58,016 nt of DNA from a virus. Its lineage: Duplodnaviria > Caudoviricetes. Every line of letters starts with the position of its first letter. Within the stretch, counting starts at the first letter, position 1. Below the pieces are notes generated by a model that saw only the letters and a program-made list of their open reading frames with translations, did not search any database and was not told the DNA's origin. The stretch spans positions 1 to 58,016 of IMG/VR virus record IMGVR_UViG_3300034101_000486; one strand, given 5' to 3'. This document shows positions 1-9,498 of this stretch, in pieces. A program made the position numbers and the translations under genes.

Positions 1-517
1 ACTGAGCTTCCCGCTGTTGCCCTATTTCCATATTGCCGTCTCCCATGGTCAGTCGCGACTTAGATGAACGCGCTTGCTGCTCGAGGAAATCCGCCGTATC
101 GGTGAGTTTCTCTTCTTCACGCAGGGGTGCATCGTGATGCGCCTCCTTCATGTATTTCTCATAAAGAGAAATAGGCAGCTTAAAAGCCAACATCTCATTC
201 ACCCCAATGAACCCCACCCAGTCACCCGTCTTAAGGGTTGCGTACTCCCAGCCAGGAACATCTTCTGGCTTCAAAGGCTCGTAGCCTAAGCGGATCCGCA
301 TCTGGATCGAATCACGAGGGTTAGTCGTGGTCAGCCAGCAACAATGCCAGCCGGAGAGTTTCGGTAAGTCCGGTAAAGAGGACTGAAAAAACTGCTGACG
401 GAACATTTCAACCCGCTCATCTTCGGTCACCTCTCGGTTTTGTGTAACTGCGCGATCTAACATCGCACGATTTTCACGACCTTCTCCTGCGGATTTCTTC
501 AAGCGTTCGTCTGTCAT
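1..517 (-). CDS. Conserved head-module hypothetical protein (3'-partial, runs off window start)
   Basis: Not in ORF track; manual translation from ATG at 517 (SD AAAGGAG) gives MTDERLKKSAGEGRENRAMLDRAVTQ...WLTTTNPRDSIQMRIRLGYEPLKPEDVPGW...IGVNEMLAFKLP..., open to position 1; follows scaffold gene. Confidence 0.85.
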   Translation of the reverse strand, partial: MTDERLKKSAGEGRENRAMLDRAVTQNREVTEDERVEMFRQQFFQSSLPDLPKLSGWHCCWLTTTNPRDSIQMRIRLGYEPLKPEDVPGWEYATLKTGDWVGFIGVNEMLAFKLPISLYEKYMKEAHHDAPLREEEKLTDTADFLEQQARSSKSRLTMGDGNMEIGQQREAQ

Positions 518-522
518 AATAC

Positions 523-538
523 TCGCTCCTTTCAGCGA
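523..538 (-). promoter_or_regulatory. RBS-sequestering hairpin TCGCT-GAAAGG-AGCGA
   Basis: Perfect 5-bp stem enclosing the SD of the 1..517 gene; same loop as the hairpin at 1575-1592. Confidence 0.55.
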
Positions 539-547
539 TTGAAACCA

Positions 548-576
548 ATTATAGGGTTTGAAAAATAAAAAGGCAA
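548..576 (-). promoter_or_regulatory. Sigma70-type promoter TTGCCT-N17-TATAAT
   Basis: Read directly on minus strand in the AT-rich gap upstream of the 1..517 gene. Confidence 0.75.
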
Positions 577-590
577 CTCATTCAAGCGTT

Positions 591-1571
591 TCACGCTTTA
601 TTAGTGCGGTCATACTCGGCGTAGCGCTTGACGTATTTCATGCGCAACACGGGATCATCCCAAACGCCCGCTTCAATCAATGCTTGCTTACGCTCGGGAC
701 TGACGTAAATTTCTTTACGCGTTGTAGCTGGCGCGTGCTCACGTCCGGAACCTACTGCGGGACCACCTCTAGGGGTGCGCTCCTCGCGGTATTCACGGTC
801 GTCACGGGTTTGCTTGCGCTCGGCTTTGAACTTTTCAGGCAGGCGGCGAGCTGCGCGTCGGCGCAATTCATCCCAGTATTCCTGCGTCTGTGGATTGTAA
901 CCGTCCTTGGCCAATGATTGGTCAATAGCGATTACGATAGCGGAGTCTTCGTCGCGACCTTGCGAGTCGTACCACTTGTTTTCATCCATGAACTCCTTAG
1001 CGTAGTGCATGGTCATGTCGTCAAGTTGCTGCGCTGTGGGGCGTTGCTGGGCGGCTTGTTGCTTGGCGAATTGGAGTTGCTGCATCTTCTGCATCGCCTG
1101 ATCGCGATACTTCAACGCCTGCGCCACGTCAGCGCCGTTGCCTGCCTCTACCGCCTTAGCGATGACGCGGTCCGCCATCTCGGCATCATGCGACGCCTGA
1201 GCAATCTGCGCATCAAAGCTGCTGAGGTCTACCTGATGGGCTCGCTGCTCTTGAGCAGATACGCGGCGCTCAAGGTCATCATTGCGTTTACGCAGGAAGT
1301 CCAGCTCGAGTTTGTCGCGCTTGATGGCTTGATCGCGGCGCTCCTTGCGCTCAAGTTTTTCAAGTCTGCGTCGCTCGCGGATTGCGTCTCGCTCGTCGTC
1401 ATTACCGTCACCTTCATCCTCCTCGGCGGAAGACTTAGTGCGGTCATCCTCAGCGTCTTCTTGATCATCGTCCTGATCATCTAATTTATCTTGAGTCAGT
1501 TTTGACTCGTCCTCGACGATGATGATTTCTTCACCGCCCTTTTCGTCGTCTTCTTTCATCACATTAGCCAT
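591..1571 (-). CDS. Putative capsid scaffolding protein
   Basis: Acidic N-terminus, long coiled-coil, position between portal/GroES and capsid genes. Confidence 0.65.
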   Translation of the reverse strand: MANVMKEDDEKGGEEIIIVEDESKLTQDKLDDQDDDQEDAEDDRTKSSAEEDEGDGNDDERDAIRERRRLEKLERKERRDQAIKRDKLELDFLRKRNDDLERRVSAQEQRAHQVDLSSFDAQIAQASHDAEMADRVIAKAVEAGNGADVAQALKYRDQAMQKMQQLQFAKQQAAQQRPTAQQLDDMTMHYAKEFMDENKWYDSQGRDEDSAIVIAIDQSLAKDGYNPQTQEYWDELRRRAARRLPEKFKAERKQTRDDREYREERTPRGGPAVGSGREHAPATTRKEIYVSPERKQALIEAGVWDDPVLRMKYVKRYAEYDRTNKA

Positions 1572-1574
1572 AAA

Positions 1575-1592
1575 TCATCTCCTTTCAGATGA
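1575..1592 (-). promoter_or_regulatory. RBS-sequestering hairpin TCATCT-GAAAGG-AGATGA
   Basis: Perfect 6-bp stem enclosing SD of scaffold gene, overlapping the GroES stop codon. Confidence 0.55.
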
Positions 1593-1998
1593 ATGCTCGG
1601 ATTGCCAACGGGTCACCAGTTACCTGCCCGATGATGTCCAAGTCGTTAAAAATCACAAACATTGCAGATTCATCTTTGCCAGGGATCTTTACTTCCCAGC
1701 GGTCGCCGCCGTACTTAGCCACGCGAACGTATTCACCGGCTTTGCACCACTCACCCTCTGGCCACGTCTTCATGTCATTACGGTTCTTGAAAGCCAGCGG
1801 ACCCATGGCAACCACTTTGCCAATCTGAGTGTTCCACTTCTCGGTTTCATTAGAGCCGTGAATATCGATGATGATACCACCAGCGGATTTCTTTTTGGGC
1901 GTTCGAATCTGAATCAGAACACGGCTTCCGAAAGGCTGAATTCCAGCATCTACTGCTGGGAAAGCCTCCGCCATTGCGTCCTCATAAGTCATTGTCAA
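1585..1998 (-). CDS. groES: GroES/Cpn10-like co-chaperonin
   Basis: IQPFGSRVLI...SAGGIII...GKVVAMGP...KAGEYV..AKYGG...FNDLDIIG matches the Cpn10 pattern. Confidence 0.9.
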   Translation of the reverse strand: MTMTYEDAMAEAFPAVDAGIQPFGSRVLIQIRTPKKKSAGGIIIDIHGSNETEKWNTQIGKVVAMGPLAFKNRNDMKTWPEGEWCKAGEYVRVAKYGGDRWEVKIPGKDESAMFVIFNDLDIIGQVTGDPLAIRAFI

Positions 1999-2179
1999 GG
2001 TTTTTCTCCTGGTCTAGAAGGTTTAAAAGTACGTTGATTGCCGCCTCATAACCGGCAACCATTCCCACGCGATACCCGTACTCAAAAGTGTCGCGAGTCT
2101 GAGGGCGCTTCAAGGCGTCAACAGCAAATGACTGCTGTTCTGCCTTGAGGCGATTCAGGAGTTGAGACTCAAGGTTCAT
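1982..2179 (-). CDS. Hypothetical protein (65 aa)
   Basis: ORF packed between neighbours with overlapping start/stop. Confidence 0.7.
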   Translation of the reverse strand: MNLESQLLNRLKAEQQSFAVDALKRPQTRDTFEYGYRVGMVAGYEAAINVLLNLLDQEKNLDNDL

Positions 2180-2313
2180 GCAGGAGTCTTAGGCGTGGCG
2201 GGGGCGGCAGGCAGCTTTTGACCGTCTACTTTTTCGCCCGCAGCCATGCGGTGGTGTTGCTTCACAAACGCGCCAGTCATAGGCACGGGGGTGTTGTTAG
2301 GTTTGTCGCTCAT
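2176..2313 (-). CDS. Small hypothetical protein (45 aa, MSDKPNNTPVPMTGAFVKQHHRMAAGEK...)
   Basis: Below ORF-track cutoff; SD GAGGAG, ATGA overlap with next gene, fills gap after portal. Confidence 0.7.
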   Translation of the reverse strand: MSDKPNNTPVPMTGAFVKQHHRMAAGEKVDGQKLPAAPATPKTPA

Positions 2314-2323
2314 AGCGTTCTCC

Positions 2324-4828
2324 TCAAGGGTTAGGGTTGATACCAGTTCCAGTGCTCACAGCGACCTTCTCGCCCGTCGCCATCTCGGCAGCGGCTAGCA
2401 GTTTCGCGGTGTCGTTGTCAGCCGTGTTCATACGCTCGCGGGTCTCAAGGTCTGCGGCGAGGCGTTGATTCTCGGCTTGTTGTCTCATCTGCTCAGACTG
2501 CAAGCGCTCAGTGTTGTTTTGCTGATCGATTGCCATCTTCGCCTGCGTGGTCTGTGCGTCCTGAGCCAACTTGGCTTGGTTGTACTTGGCGGTCTCGGCG
2601 AGTTTCGCCTGCTCCAGCTGAGCACGCTGCTGTGCGAGTTGACCTTGTACCTGAGCGTTGAGCTGTGCAACTTGCAAGCTGTTGTCGGGCGGCATAGGTG
2701 GCTGAGGCTTGAACTGCTGAGCGGCTTGATCCACCTGCGCCAGCTCTTGACCGAAGTTGCCGAGCTGTGCCTCGATGAACTTCTGCACTTCCAAGATGAC
2801 TTTCACCTGCTCGTCGGCTTCCTCGCTGATCAACTCCTCGCGCTGCGCCTTGTCAACCGCGTTGTGTGCTTCGACTAGGTAGTAATTGAGCAGGTGATCA
2901 CGCAAGTGCGTCGCAATCGGGTACAAAAACGTCTTCGCAATCGCAGGATTTGAGCCGAACAGCGGCGACTTGAGGAACGGGATGTGCGTCATCAAGTGCG
3001 CCATGTGATCTTGCGACGGAAGCACGTAAATTGGGCGTCCCATAGCGGCGGCGACGTTCTCGCTCACCGGATCCATGTCCTCGCTACCTGGTTTCGGCTG
3101 CAAAACCTCGCCTTCAGGCACTTTCATGTTGCGGAGGAACATTTCCTCCACTTTTCGTGCGTCATACAGCTGTGGCATAGCCTGCGCACGCTGCATAATT
3201 GCCTGAGTTTGCGCAAAACGCTGGGTTTCGCTGAAAATTGCGGGGTCGCTGACAGGAATGACGTCCATCGGACCGTCAAAATCAGACGGATCGATCTCGA
3301 GACCGGCGGCTTGTGCCTCAACATCCTCAGTCGTCAGGTAAGCGCTGTTGATGCGGTGCAAAATCTTGAAGCATCGCGCCATCGAGCCATGCAAACGGCT
3401 GTGAATTGACGAGAACACCACCATGCCCTGCTCAATGAGCGCCATGGTTGTGCCTACAGGCTGGTTAGGGTTCTGGTCAGAGAGCTTCTCAAAGGACGTT
3501 TGCACCACGCCCTTGCCTGCGTCTACGAGGAAACCCAAGAGCGAGAACAGCGTTGGGCTTGGACCGTTGAACGGCAGTGGCATTGCCAGCTTGCGCACGT
3601 CATCGATGAGCGCCCCACCCTCCATCTCAACCACTTCGGTCGGCTGGACGTTGAGGGTTTGACCTCCTGGACCGCCTTTCAGCTTCAACAGCGTGGGGAC
3701 GTTCTGAATGTGAGCGGAATCGAGCAAAGCGCGGAGTGCGCCGGTGGCTGCGCCGCTCAAGCCGCCAATCATATGCGTCAGACCGATGGGGTACGCGCCA
3801 CGCCAAGGCACAAACGGGAACTCTACGATCCAATCGAGTTCAAGTTGACGGGCGTCATCAGGCTCCCAGTTACGGTACAAGCCCAGACCGAGGTTCGTAG
3901 ACTTGTCAATGCTCAGAATGTAAGGCTCGGGACCATCACCGAAGTCAAGGTACGTATAAACTTCAAAGATCGTACGCAAGCCGTCTTCGTTGTAGCTCAG
4001 GTCTTTGCGTCCCTCAATCTTGTCGTTAGCCTGAGTGGACTTGCTGAACTCGGGATCATCCGGCGTGCCGAGGTCAACGTCGCGGTACATGCCGGACTTG
4101 ACGCGGCGTTGGTACTCAAACTTCGTGATGTACTGCACGTGCGTCTTACGCTCGGCGGTGTAGAAGTTGGTCGCCGCAAACGGCAGGTAGATATCATCAA
4201 TCGCGATGAACTCACTGGCAGGGCGGCGGTGCAACGGGTTCCACATGAACTTCATGTATTGACCGCCGCCGAGCGGGAGCTGCGTGCTCAACTGCTCAAG
4301 CTCGCCACGGAACTCCACCATCTGCTCGGTCGTCTGCCAGTTCATGAACTCGGCTTTACGCTCTGCCTTCTGAATCTTGGACTTGTCCCGCTCGCCTAGA
4401 ATCTTGCTCTTCACCGGACCATTGGGCGGGAAGACCTCCTTCATGAAGCGGGCAGAAAAGTCCACGCACGCCTCGACGAGCATCGGATGAACGACCTTAT
4501 TTGCACCGGTGAACTGAGCACCCCCAGGAGCATCATCACCTAAGCCCGTACGACGCAAGCCCTCCTCGTACTGCTTGTCGCGCTTCTCACGCGCCTCCTT
4601 GTCATTGCCGATCTTCTCAATCAAGTCGCTGATAGCGGTCTTGAGCAGGTCTTGATCGACCTCCTCAACAATGTTGGCAAAGTGGGCGAGTTTGTCGGCG
4701 TGGTCTTCAGCATTCTTCTCACGAATGATTGCCCCGCCGTCTTCGGTGTCCTCTACCTCGTTGTCGACATCCTCAAGTTGAACTACTTCACCTTCAGGCA
4801 TGTCATCTTCTAGTCGTTCAGTTGCCAT
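2324..4828 (-). CDS. Portal protein
   Basis: 834 aa after terminase region; VVHPMLVEACVDFSAR, GTTMALIEQG motifs and Q/A-rich C-terminal barrel typical of podovirus portals. Confidence 0.85.
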   Translation of the reverse strand: MATERLEDDMPEGEVVQLEDVDNEVEDTEDGGAIIREKNAEDHADKLAHFANIVEEVDQDLLKTAISDLIEKIGNDKEAREKRDKQYEEGLRRTGLGDDAPGGAQFTGANKVVHPMLVEACVDFSARFMKEVFPPNGPVKSKILGERDKSKIQKAERKAEFMNWQTTEQMVEFRGELEQLSTQLPLGGGQYMKFMWNPLHRRPASEFIAIDDIYLPFAATNFYTAERKTHVQYITKFEYQRRVKSGMYRDVDLGTPDDPEFSKSTQANDKIEGRKDLSYNEDGLRTIFEVYTYLDFGDGPEPYILSIDKSTNLGLGLYRNWEPDDARQLELDWIVEFPFVPWRGAYPIGLTHMIGGLSGAATGALRALLDSAHIQNVPTLLKLKGGPGGQTLNVQPTEVVEMEGGALIDDVRKLAMPLPFNGPSPTLFSLLGFLVDAGKGVVQTSFEKLSDQNPNQPVGTTMALIEQGMVVFSSIHSRLHGSMARCFKILHRINSAYLTTEDVEAQAAGLEIDPSDFDGPMDVIPVSDPAIFSETQRFAQTQAIMQRAQAMPQLYDARKVEEMFLRNMKVPEGEVLQPKPGSEDMDPVSENVAAAMGRPIYVLPSQDHMAHLMTHIPFLKSPLFGSNPAIAKTFLYPIATHLRDHLLNYYLVEAHNAVDKAQREELISEEADEQVKVILEVQKFIEAQLGNFGQELAQVDQAAQQFKPQPPMPPDNSLQVAQLNAQVQGQLAQQRAQLEQAKLAETAKYNQAKLAQDAQTTQAKMAIDQQNNTERLQSEQMRQQAENQRLAADLETRERMNTADNDTAKLLAAAEMATGEKVAVSTGTGINPNP

Positions 4829-4836
4829 TACTCACC

Positions 4837-7776
4837 TCACATAAACTGGTTAACGATTGCATCCACGCGGCTCGGGTCGTATGCCGACACGCTACCGCCC
4901 TGTGCGTAGTTCTGCGGCGCGTTGATGCTACCCATAATCTGATCGACCTGAAACGGGTCGTACGTTGTGGGCGGTGTGCCCACCATTCCGCCCTCGGCGT
5001 AACGCGTAGACTTGACCTCGTCAGGCTGCAACGATGCGCGACCCTTCTGAGTCTTAGGCGTGCCCCGCTCGGCTTCACGCTGAACGGACTCAATCAGGTC
5101 TCGCAGCGAGCGGTTGTCAGTGCCCAGCTGAATGCCGAGCGCGTTGTTGTGGGTGTCGGTCGGATAGTCAGAGCGAGGCTCGCTCAAACCCATCCAGTAT
5201 CCGGCAGTGCGGAAGGGCGCTTCCTTCAACTCGTACGCCTTACCCAACAAGTCCGCAATAGTCGGATTGGTCTTCTGCGCAGCGATCGCCGAGGCGAGCA
5301 TATGCCGCGCTGCATCGCGCTTGGCGTTGTCGCGGGGGCTGGGGAACATCTCCTGCGCCACGGTCTCTGAGTAAAGTCTCAAGTTGCCCAGCGTCGGGTC
5401 GGGTAAGCCCTCACCCGCACGCACGCGACCGCCCTCGGCGTAGCCGTCGGTCTTGGGAACGTAGTCGTTGATCAGGTCACCGAACTCTTCAGCTTTGATG
5501 AACCGCTCACCATTGTAATTCTTCATGAATTCTTTTTGTATGGAGTTCGGATCAACCATACCGAAGTCCCCGCCGTAATTATCACGGATGAACTTCTTAA
5601 CCGCTGAAGGGTTATTAGCGTCAATGATGTCGTAATGGTGTAGGTCTTTGATATCACCCCACGAGCCGCTCTTCAAGAACTCCAACACCGAGTCAGTGAT
5701 TTTGTTTTTGTAATCTGGGTCACGCCTTGTGTATTCACGCGCACGCTCACTGCTGAAACTATTCTCAACCGGCTTCAGCTCAAGAATATCTTGCGGTACT
5801 GTTTCGGGCTGGCGACCGGTTTCTTTTGCCCAAGCAAGGTAGCGCTGATCCAGACTACCGGTGACTTCGGGTTGACCTTCCCAGTTCAAAAACTCAGTAA
5901 CCTCTGGGGTGTCTTTATTCTTTTGGAACCATGCGTCGAAAGAACTCTGGTTAGGTTTCTGAACCATCGCTTGCGCATGAGGGCGACCCTCAGCATCGAG
6001 CAAGGTGGTGAGGCGTCTGTCCCCAGACCCGTAAGACTTAGCAAGCCCCTCGCCCTGCGTACACCAACCAGCTTGTTTGCCGATCGTCGTACAGAGCTTC
6101 ATAGCTGACGCATCAGTCGTTGCAGGGATATCAACCCACTTCATTCCTGGTTCTTTGACAAATGACAGCTGCGTGTTAGGGATCTCAAGTCGCGGAGTGG
6201 CGGTGAGGTTGCTCATCATGTCACCCCGCTCTGCCTTAATTGCCTCCTCGGAACGCCACTTGTTGACTGCGTCAACCTTCTCCACCATCTGCTTCATCGA
6301 CACCTTATCAAGCTGCTCAGGTGTCAAGCGCAGGTTAGCAGGTAAACCTGACTCGGGGTCAAGCATGTTCAGAATCTCATCTGACATATGACCGAACCCA
6401 AGGTTCTCACCGAGCGATACGGGGTCTTGGATCTTATAAAGCGGCGTGTTGCGGTCGAGCTTTTCGATCCAAGGGTTTTCCGCCATCATGCGGAGAGTCG
6501 CTTTGTCTTCACCAACTATGCTGGGGAAGTTTTTAGCAACGTGGAATTTTTCTTTATAATCTCCCGCAGGCTTGGAGGTGATCTCCATGTCTGAGATGTT
6601 CTCCCACAGCTCGGCTTTGCGGGCGTTAGCTTCATTTGCCTCAGGGTAACCCGCCTCGGCGTGTCTCTTTACGGCGAACCCTTCCTCGGGGTAACCGGCT
6701 TCGCGGCGCATCTTGACGACGTCATCAGGCAACCATGCGCCGAGTTCTTCTGCGGCGTCTCCTGGTATGTGCGAGTAACCCTGCTCGTGCGCCAGACGGA
6801 TCGGGTCGTCCGGTGTACCCATCTCGTTACGGATGTACTTTTCGAGCTTAGTGTCAAGCCACTTGTTGAGCGCTAATCTGTCTTCGCCGTAGAGCTTATT
6901 TAAGACGTCGGGTCTGTTCTCTTTCAGCCATGGGACAGGAGAGTGGTAAACGCTAGGACCCAGATCCACCATCTTAGACCAAAGGTCTTCACCGGCGGCT
7001 GCGTTGATCAAGTCGCCGCTCATGACTTCAGGGTTACGCTTGAGAGGCTGCACTGACATCGTAACGCTGTCTCTTCTAGCGAGCGGTGGTTGCCAGTTAC
7101 CGCCCTTCGGCTTGACGGCATACGACCGCAGGGGTGAGGTCGCGCTCTCAACGATGTCACGCGCAACGGCTGGCGCGGTCTGCACGAGGTTGGTACCCAC
7201 GCGCTTAGCAATGCTCGTTAACGGCGGTCCGACCAACATCGCCGCCTCAGCCGTGTCATCGGGCAGCATGGGGACGTTAGCCTTGTTGATGTTCGTGATC
7301 GGCTGTCCGTAGCTCAAGCGCTCAGCAGTACGAGCTAGCGCCGGTACGCCGAGGAACTCCATCGTACCCTGCATCTGTTGCGTGCGCTGCGGCGAGTAAG
7401 TCTGCTTCAGGAAGTCGGCAATGCGACCGAGCGCGGCGTTCTGCGGTTGGGCTTGAACGGAGTCACCCTTAGCGTAGTGCGTCCTGACCGAACCGCCGTC
7501 CGCCCACTTGACCTTGTCAGCCCAATACGCGGCGCTGGCTGGTCCCTTGGCGATGTTAGCCGCGTGACGCGACTTGAACGAGGCACGCTTAGCCTTCATG
7601 CGGTCAGACTCGCCCGCCTTGGGCTTACCCGCCGTGCTAGCGCCTTGCTCGCCGAAGCGAATGATCTTCTCCTTACCGTTCACCTTGGTCTTCACGATGT
7701 GGGACTTAGTGGGGTGGCTCGGCGTGCGCCGTGGTTGATTCAACGGCAAGCTGTCCTTGTCGACGCGCTCGGTCAT
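4837..7776 (-). CDS. Large multidomain (polyvalent-type) protein, probably virion-packaged
   Basis: Basic N-terminal module (IRFGEQG...RASFKSRH...AAYWADKVKW, DUF6321-like), central PcfJ-like segment (GKQAGWCT...LLDAEGRPHA), C-terminal DAARH...THNNALG module; modules separated by xAxGG motifs. Confidence 0.6.
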   Translation of the reverse strand: MTERVDKDSLPLNQPRRTPSHPTKSHIVKTKVNGKEKIIRFGEQGASTAGKPKAGESDRMKAKRASFKSRHAANIAKGPASAAYWADKVKWADGGSVRTHYAKGDSVQAQPQNAALGRIADFLKQTYSPQRTQQMQGTMEFLGVPALARTAERLSYGQPITNINKANVPMLPDDTAEAAMLVGPPLTSIAKRVGTNLVQTAPAVARDIVESATSPLRSYAVKPKGGNWQPPLARRDSVTMSVQPLKRNPEVMSGDLINAAAGEDLWSKMVDLGPSVYHSPVPWLKENRPDVLNKLYGEDRLALNKWLDTKLEKYIRNEMGTPDDPIRLAHEQGYSHIPGDAAEELGAWLPDDVVKMRREAGYPEEGFAVKRHAEAGYPEANEANARKAELWENISDMEITSKPAGDYKEKFHVAKNFPSIVGEDKATLRMMAENPWIEKLDRNTPLYKIQDPVSLGENLGFGHMSDEILNMLDPESGLPANLRLTPEQLDKVSMKQMVEKVDAVNKWRSEEAIKAERGDMMSNLTATPRLEIPNTQLSFVKEPGMKWVDIPATTDASAMKLCTTIGKQAGWCTQGEGLAKSYGSGDRRLTTLLDAEGRPHAQAMVQKPNQSSFDAWFQKNKDTPEVTEFLNWEGQPEVTGSLDQRYLAWAKETGRQPETVPQDILELKPVENSFSSERAREYTRRDPDYKNKITDSVLEFLKSGSWGDIKDLHHYDIIDANNPSAVKKFIRDNYGGDFGMVDPNSIQKEFMKNYNGERFIKAEEFGDLINDYVPKTDGYAEGGRVRAGEGLPDPTLGNLRLYSETVAQEMFPSPRDNAKRDAARHMLASAIAAQKTNPTIADLLGKAYELKEAPFRTAGYWMGLSEPRSDYPTDTHNNALGIQLGTDNRSLRDLIESVQREAERGTPKTQKGRASLQPDEVKSTRYAEGGMVGTPPTTYDPFQVDQIMGSINAPQNYAQGGSVSAYDPSRVDAIVNQFM

Positions 7777-7937
7777 TTCTTCCTCGCCGCTCTCATATTG
7801 TCGACGAGGTTGGGGTAAGGGCGTCCGGCGCTCTTTGCTGCCGCCTTGGCGGAGGACTTAGCCGCTGGTGACAGCGTCTTGCTCTCGCCGAGACCCTTTG
7901 GTCGTGCTTTGTCCCAGATTGGCTTCTTAGGCTGCAT
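7773..7937 (-). CDS. Small basic phage protein (54 aa, MQPKKPIWDKARPK...AGRPYPNLVDNMRAARKK)
   Basis: Manual translation; overlaps TerL stop and ends in ATGA overlap with the 979-aa gene. Confidence 0.75.
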   Translation of the reverse strand: MQPKKPIWDKARPKGLGESKTLSPAAKSSAKAAAKSAGRPYPNLVDNMRAARKK

Positions 7938-9498
7938 ACGGATTTATCCTCGGTTTGTTTGAGTGGCGTGGCTCGTCAATGTCCCGTGCTCGCGGCAACT
8001 CAAACCACCCGTCATTCTTGAGGTAGATGATCGCTTGCGTAAAGGTGTCAACATAGTCATCATGCTCCGCCACTGGGAACTTGCCCAATTGTTTGAGGAA
8101 AGCCGCAGCCCAGCTCACTGGTTGACCGAGGTTCTTTCCTGATTCTGGTACCCACAATAATCCCAGCTCCAAGGTGGGGGCGGCTTGGTGCGCCCGTGAT
8201 ACCTTATCAGCCTGACCTGGATTATAGCCCACGGCGGGCACTTTCGCCAAGCGCAAGTCTTGCAACAGTGATTGCCCACTCGCCTTCGCTTCCACCAAGA
8301 TACGGTCAGGGCGCTTCGCCCGTGAGTATGGCGAGTCCTTCGTCATCCCGCCGTATTCCGTCGTCCAGTCTTTCACGGCTCGTGCCCGCAGGTCTGGATA
8401 GCTCAGGTGTTCGTCCCACGCATCAATCAGCATCGCGTTGCGTTCGCCCTTGTGCGTGAAGATCGCCCAGACCGTGCAGGCGGTCGGGTCGCCCGTGGTC
8501 TTCTCGGTGAACGCGCAGTCGTACGATTGCAGTATGTACTCAAACGGAGGCAAACCTGATGACGCTGGCCACAGGTTGAAGTGCTTGGTCTTGAGGATAC
8601 CGCCCTCGCTCGGCGTGGGGTCTTGCTGCAACTGTCCTGCGGTTCCGTATGTACCCAACAGCTGCTTCAGCGTCGTGATCTCTTTCTCGCCGAACCGCTC
8701 GGGGCAGATCAGCTCGCCCTTCTTTTTGCGGGGGTCGTACGGTCCGAGCACGGTCTTGCGTGACTTGCCGTCCCACTCCGCCGGAATGCAGATATGCTCC
8801 CAGCCCTTGATGTCCTCAAGGATGTGACCGCTGATGTCGCGCTCGTGCAGTCGCTGCATGACGGTCACCATCGCATCGGTCTTCGGGTTGTTCAGTCGCG
8901 TTGACCATACCATGTCAAACCACTCAAGGTCTGACTCCCGCATGACCTCCGACTGCGCGGCTTGAGCGCCGTGCGGGTCGTCAAGTATCAACCGCGAGCC
9001 GCCCTCACCGGTCGCCGTTCCGCCGACTGAGGTCGCGAGCCGGTAGCCGGTCTTGTCGTTCTCAAACCGCTGCTTGGCGTTCTGGTCTCCGGCGAACGAG
9101 AACATGTGCCCCCAGCGCTCTTGATACCACGGTGACTGCAACAGTCGCCGCGTCTTCAAGTTGTCGCGTGTGCTCAGGTTGCCGGAGTACGAGGCGCACA
9201 GGAACTTCTGAGCAGGGTCGGTAATCCACTCCCACGCTGGCCACATTACGCTGACGATTGTTGACTTTGAGTGGCGCGGCGGGATGTTGATGAGCAGGCG
9301 GTGAATGTCGCCCGAGCTAACTGCCTCAAGGTGCTCGCAGATGATCTCAATGTGCCAGCTCGCAATGAACGGGATTCCTGGCTCCACCACGTGCCACGAC
9401 TGCTTGACGAACTCGTACAGCGAGGCAGACGCGTTGCGGCGGTCTTGCTCCCGCTTGACCATCTCAAGCATCACAGCGGGGGACATTGGTGCGTTCAT
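7927..9498 (-). CDS. terL: Terminase large subunit
   Basis: Walker A INIPPRHSKST, Walker B LILDD, nuclease motifs QSYDCAF and HDDYVDT. Confidence 0.95.
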   Translation of the reverse strand: MNAPMSPAVMLEMVKREQDRRNASASLYEFVKQSWHVVEPGIPFIASWHIEIICEHLEAVSSGDIHRLLINIPPRHSKSTIVSVMWPAWEWITDPAQKFLCASYSGNLSTRDNLKTRRLLQSPWYQERWGHMFSFAGDQNAKQRFENDKTGYRLATSVGGTATGEGGSRLILDDPHGAQAAQSEVMRESDLEWFDMVWSTRLNNPKTDAMVTVMQRLHERDISGHILEDIKGWEHICIPAEWDGKSRKTVLGPYDPRKKKGELICPERFGEKEITTLKQLLGTYGTAGQLQQDPTPSEGGILKTKHFNLWPASSGLPPFEYILQSYDCAFTEKTTGDPTACTVWAIFTHKGERNAMLIDAWDEHLSYPDLRARAVKDWTTEYGGMTKDSPYSRAKRPDRILVEAKASGQSLLQDLRLAKVPAVGYNPGQADKVSRAHQAAPTLELGLLWVPESGKNLGQPVSWAAAFLKQLGKFPVAEHDDYVDTFTQAIIYLKNDGWFELPRARDIDEPRHSNKPRINPYAA

